Positions 61,671 to 64,000 of a DNA stretch of 64,000 nt are shown in pieces. Origin of the DNA: Ginglymostoma cirratum (taxonomy: Eukaryota); NCBI GenBank assembly GCA_024137785.1, contig JAHRHZ010000055.1, positions 7,506,608 through 7,570,607 of the forward strand. The letters are read 5' to 3'. The translations under genes and the position numbers were made by a program. The notes beneath the pieces are model-generated. The model ran no database searches and had not been told where the DNA came from. It saw nothing but the letters and a program-made list of their open reading frames with translations. Numbering within the stretch: the first letter of the stretch is position 1; each line of letters opens with the position of its first letter.

Positions 61671-63404
61671 ATAAATTCAACAACTTCTCTGCTGTCCATG
61701 AATCTGAATTCTGAGTCTCTCAGCAAAGTACTTTCACGCTGAAGGAGGGTAACTCGGAGAGAAATGAGCTGATTTTCACATTTTACTGCATGCATGATCA
61801 ATAGAAGCTGCTGTTCAATTCACTCTGTAATAACAGTGAGCATTGATGGCTAATAGATAAATTCCAGCCCAATAGGTTGGCTTGCCAAGAATCTTTTATT
61901 GCTCTTTATGGTACACTTGGTGCAACATTAAAAAGTCTATATTCATCATTCTAAGTGTGCAGCCATGAACTCTATAATGCTACTATATCAAAGGTGCTGA
62001 CAGGATCACTCCTCAAATGTGACAAGTAACAAGGATCAAATTCTATTTTTGTAGAAGTTCTTTTATGCTGGATGTTCTTAATCACCAGACTTGACAATGA
62101 TGTCAGATATTGAACTTAGCAAGCAGATGGCTACAAGTTCAAGGAGAAGTAAATTAGAAGAGTGAATTGATAGCAGTGGCAAAATAAGCATTCCCCAGTA
62201 CACTACAATCATCTATAGGTATCACTAACATGGCAAAAAAAAATCAGGTCATGTCCAATACCATTTTTGTTCCATCTGTAGAATGTTGCTTGCCCAAACG
62301 CATGGTAGTTGGGTGGCTAAACTAGGCTTCTTATAAAGTTCAAAACATGGTTTATCTGCAAAATCTTTGTCAGCTTTTCATGATCTTTTGCTGTGTTTTT
62401 TTGTAAGTGTTAATCAGTTTTATTGATTAATCTGACATTTTTTACATTTACAAAAACTTGCAGATATTTTCATTGTTATTTTGGTTGCTGTTGCCATTTA
62501 AATTGAATCATACAAAGTGGTAAATAAAAATATTCCTTTTGGGATTGAGATGGGGAAGAGGAATTGGCAGGGAGCAAAACAGGCAGGACCTGTATTTTAT
62601 AGACTCCTGCATGTGTCAGAGGAGTTCACAAACCAAGTTGTCTCAGAGTTGTAGCAGCTGCTGACTACATCTGAAGCAGGAGCAGTTCCTTGCACAAAAA
62701 TGAAGGTGTCCGCAGCATGAGGTTTCATACTTACAGATCCATCAAAGCAATGCCAGGACTACTTGATGCTTGATTAGTAATATGATGTTTTAAGAATGTG
62801 ACAAACACAATTATTGAGTGACAGGGGCCTATACATAAAAGCATTAAAGATACCATCCAGGAGAGTATCAAGGCATCACAGAATAGTCCCATATGCTGAG
62901 AACAAAGAGTTTGCACTCAGTTACTGTTCCAGTCCAGGTGGGGGTCTGGCCTCAGGAATATTAACACTGCTCTCAATCTCATTACCCAGGAACCAGTAAT
63001 GATTCCTTCACATGTGGTAGCACCGTGCATGGAACTTTTTTTTTAAGAAAGACTGCTTGCATCAATGGCAGCTGGACACACTAAGGAATGCCTAACAACA
63101 GAGTAATTCTTTGATTTGGATCTGTCTTACTGTGGCTCAGATTTTTGGAGAACTTCTCTATTGTGGCAAAAATGGTGGAAGTGGCCTGAGAGTGTGAAAC
63201 TTGATGTTTACAGATATGACTGGGTAAAAGCAAGTCTGAACTTTATGGATCTGTTTAGATAGCCAGAGGAACCTCCCTAACCTCTTACCTCCCTGTAGAG
63301 AGATAAGGTACCCCTTTGGATATGGTCCCAGGAGAATTTTGGGGGAGATCTTTGGAATCGGTAAAAGTAGGCTTGAATATATGTAAAATGTATGTGCAAC
63401 CTTT

Positions 63405-63765
63405 ACTGTCAAACTGATTGGAATTGTCAAAAAGATATGTCAAAATCAATTGATAAAACCATCAGAAACACCATCAATGAGATCTTTCACAAAGAACTAG
63501 CACAGTGTCATGCCAAGGGTTATCATGAAGACCTGTCAAAGGGATCGATCAAAGGTGTCAAGAGGGCTTTTCAAAGGGACCTACCAAGACAACGTGTCAG
63601 AAATGTCAAAAGGACTGTGAATGGATTTGTCAAGAGGCGTTCTCAAGCAATTTGTCAAGGGGACCTGTTAAAAGTGTAAAGGGGAGCTATCAAAGGGACC
63701 TGTCAATGAGATCTATTAAACTGTCAAACTGTCAAGGCCTATTCTTTAAGTCCTGCCCTTTAAAC
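63405..63765 (+). repeat. TGTCAA-rich degenerate minisatellite
   Basis: 11 exact TGTCAA in ~330 bp, followed by TCCTGCCCTTTAAA. Confidence 0.75.
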
Positions 63766-64000
63766 CTTGAAAAAAATAACCAGAACTTTTTTGTTTAATG
63801 AGAATGATTACTTTGTAGTTTACTTGGTCTATTGAAATATGGCTGAATGCTTTTATCACTGGTCCATAACTGATTTCACAGCCAATCATTATCACAGCAG
63901 AGTGCTTATTATTTCATAACAAGTGATTATAGAGTCATTGATGTGGGGCTATGAATTCCAATATTAGTTGTTATAAAACGTTTGTGCCATTAAATGAAGT

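Noticed and set aside
63392-63679. 95-aa Lys/Arg-rich ORF
   Set aside because: By-product of the TGTCAA minisatellite
63405-63740. CRISPR-like repeat-spacer array
   Set aside because: The repeat is only 6 bp, spacing is irregular, there are no cas genes, and the context is eukaryotic

Overview
Repeat-dense, AT-rich vertebrate DNA, intergenic or deep intronic, with one 400-N assembly gap (5531-5930). The repeat inventory (HER1/CR1-type LINEs, HE1/V-SINE and Deu-domain SINEs, Rex/Babar tails, L2 relics) points to a cartilaginous fish (shark); the species cannot be fixed from sequence alone. I recognise no host protein-coding gene. The only convincing ORF (29439-30569) is the RT-thumb + GIY-YIG half of a Penelope-like element (PLE) of probable Neptune type. 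The most notable structure is a set of PLE-derived insertions from three families. They carry minimal hammerhead-ribozyme (HHR) cores with palindromic stem III, most are fold-back (inverted-arm) structures, and six have exact 12-17 bp target-site duplications (TSDs). PLE hammerheads are a known class. What stands out here is the small non-autonomous derivatives, the junction details, and an in-frame fusion that restores an ATG to an endonuclease-only ORF. Repeat family names come from my recall of motifs, not database searches. Boundaries of old repeats are approximate (about +/-20-50 bp).
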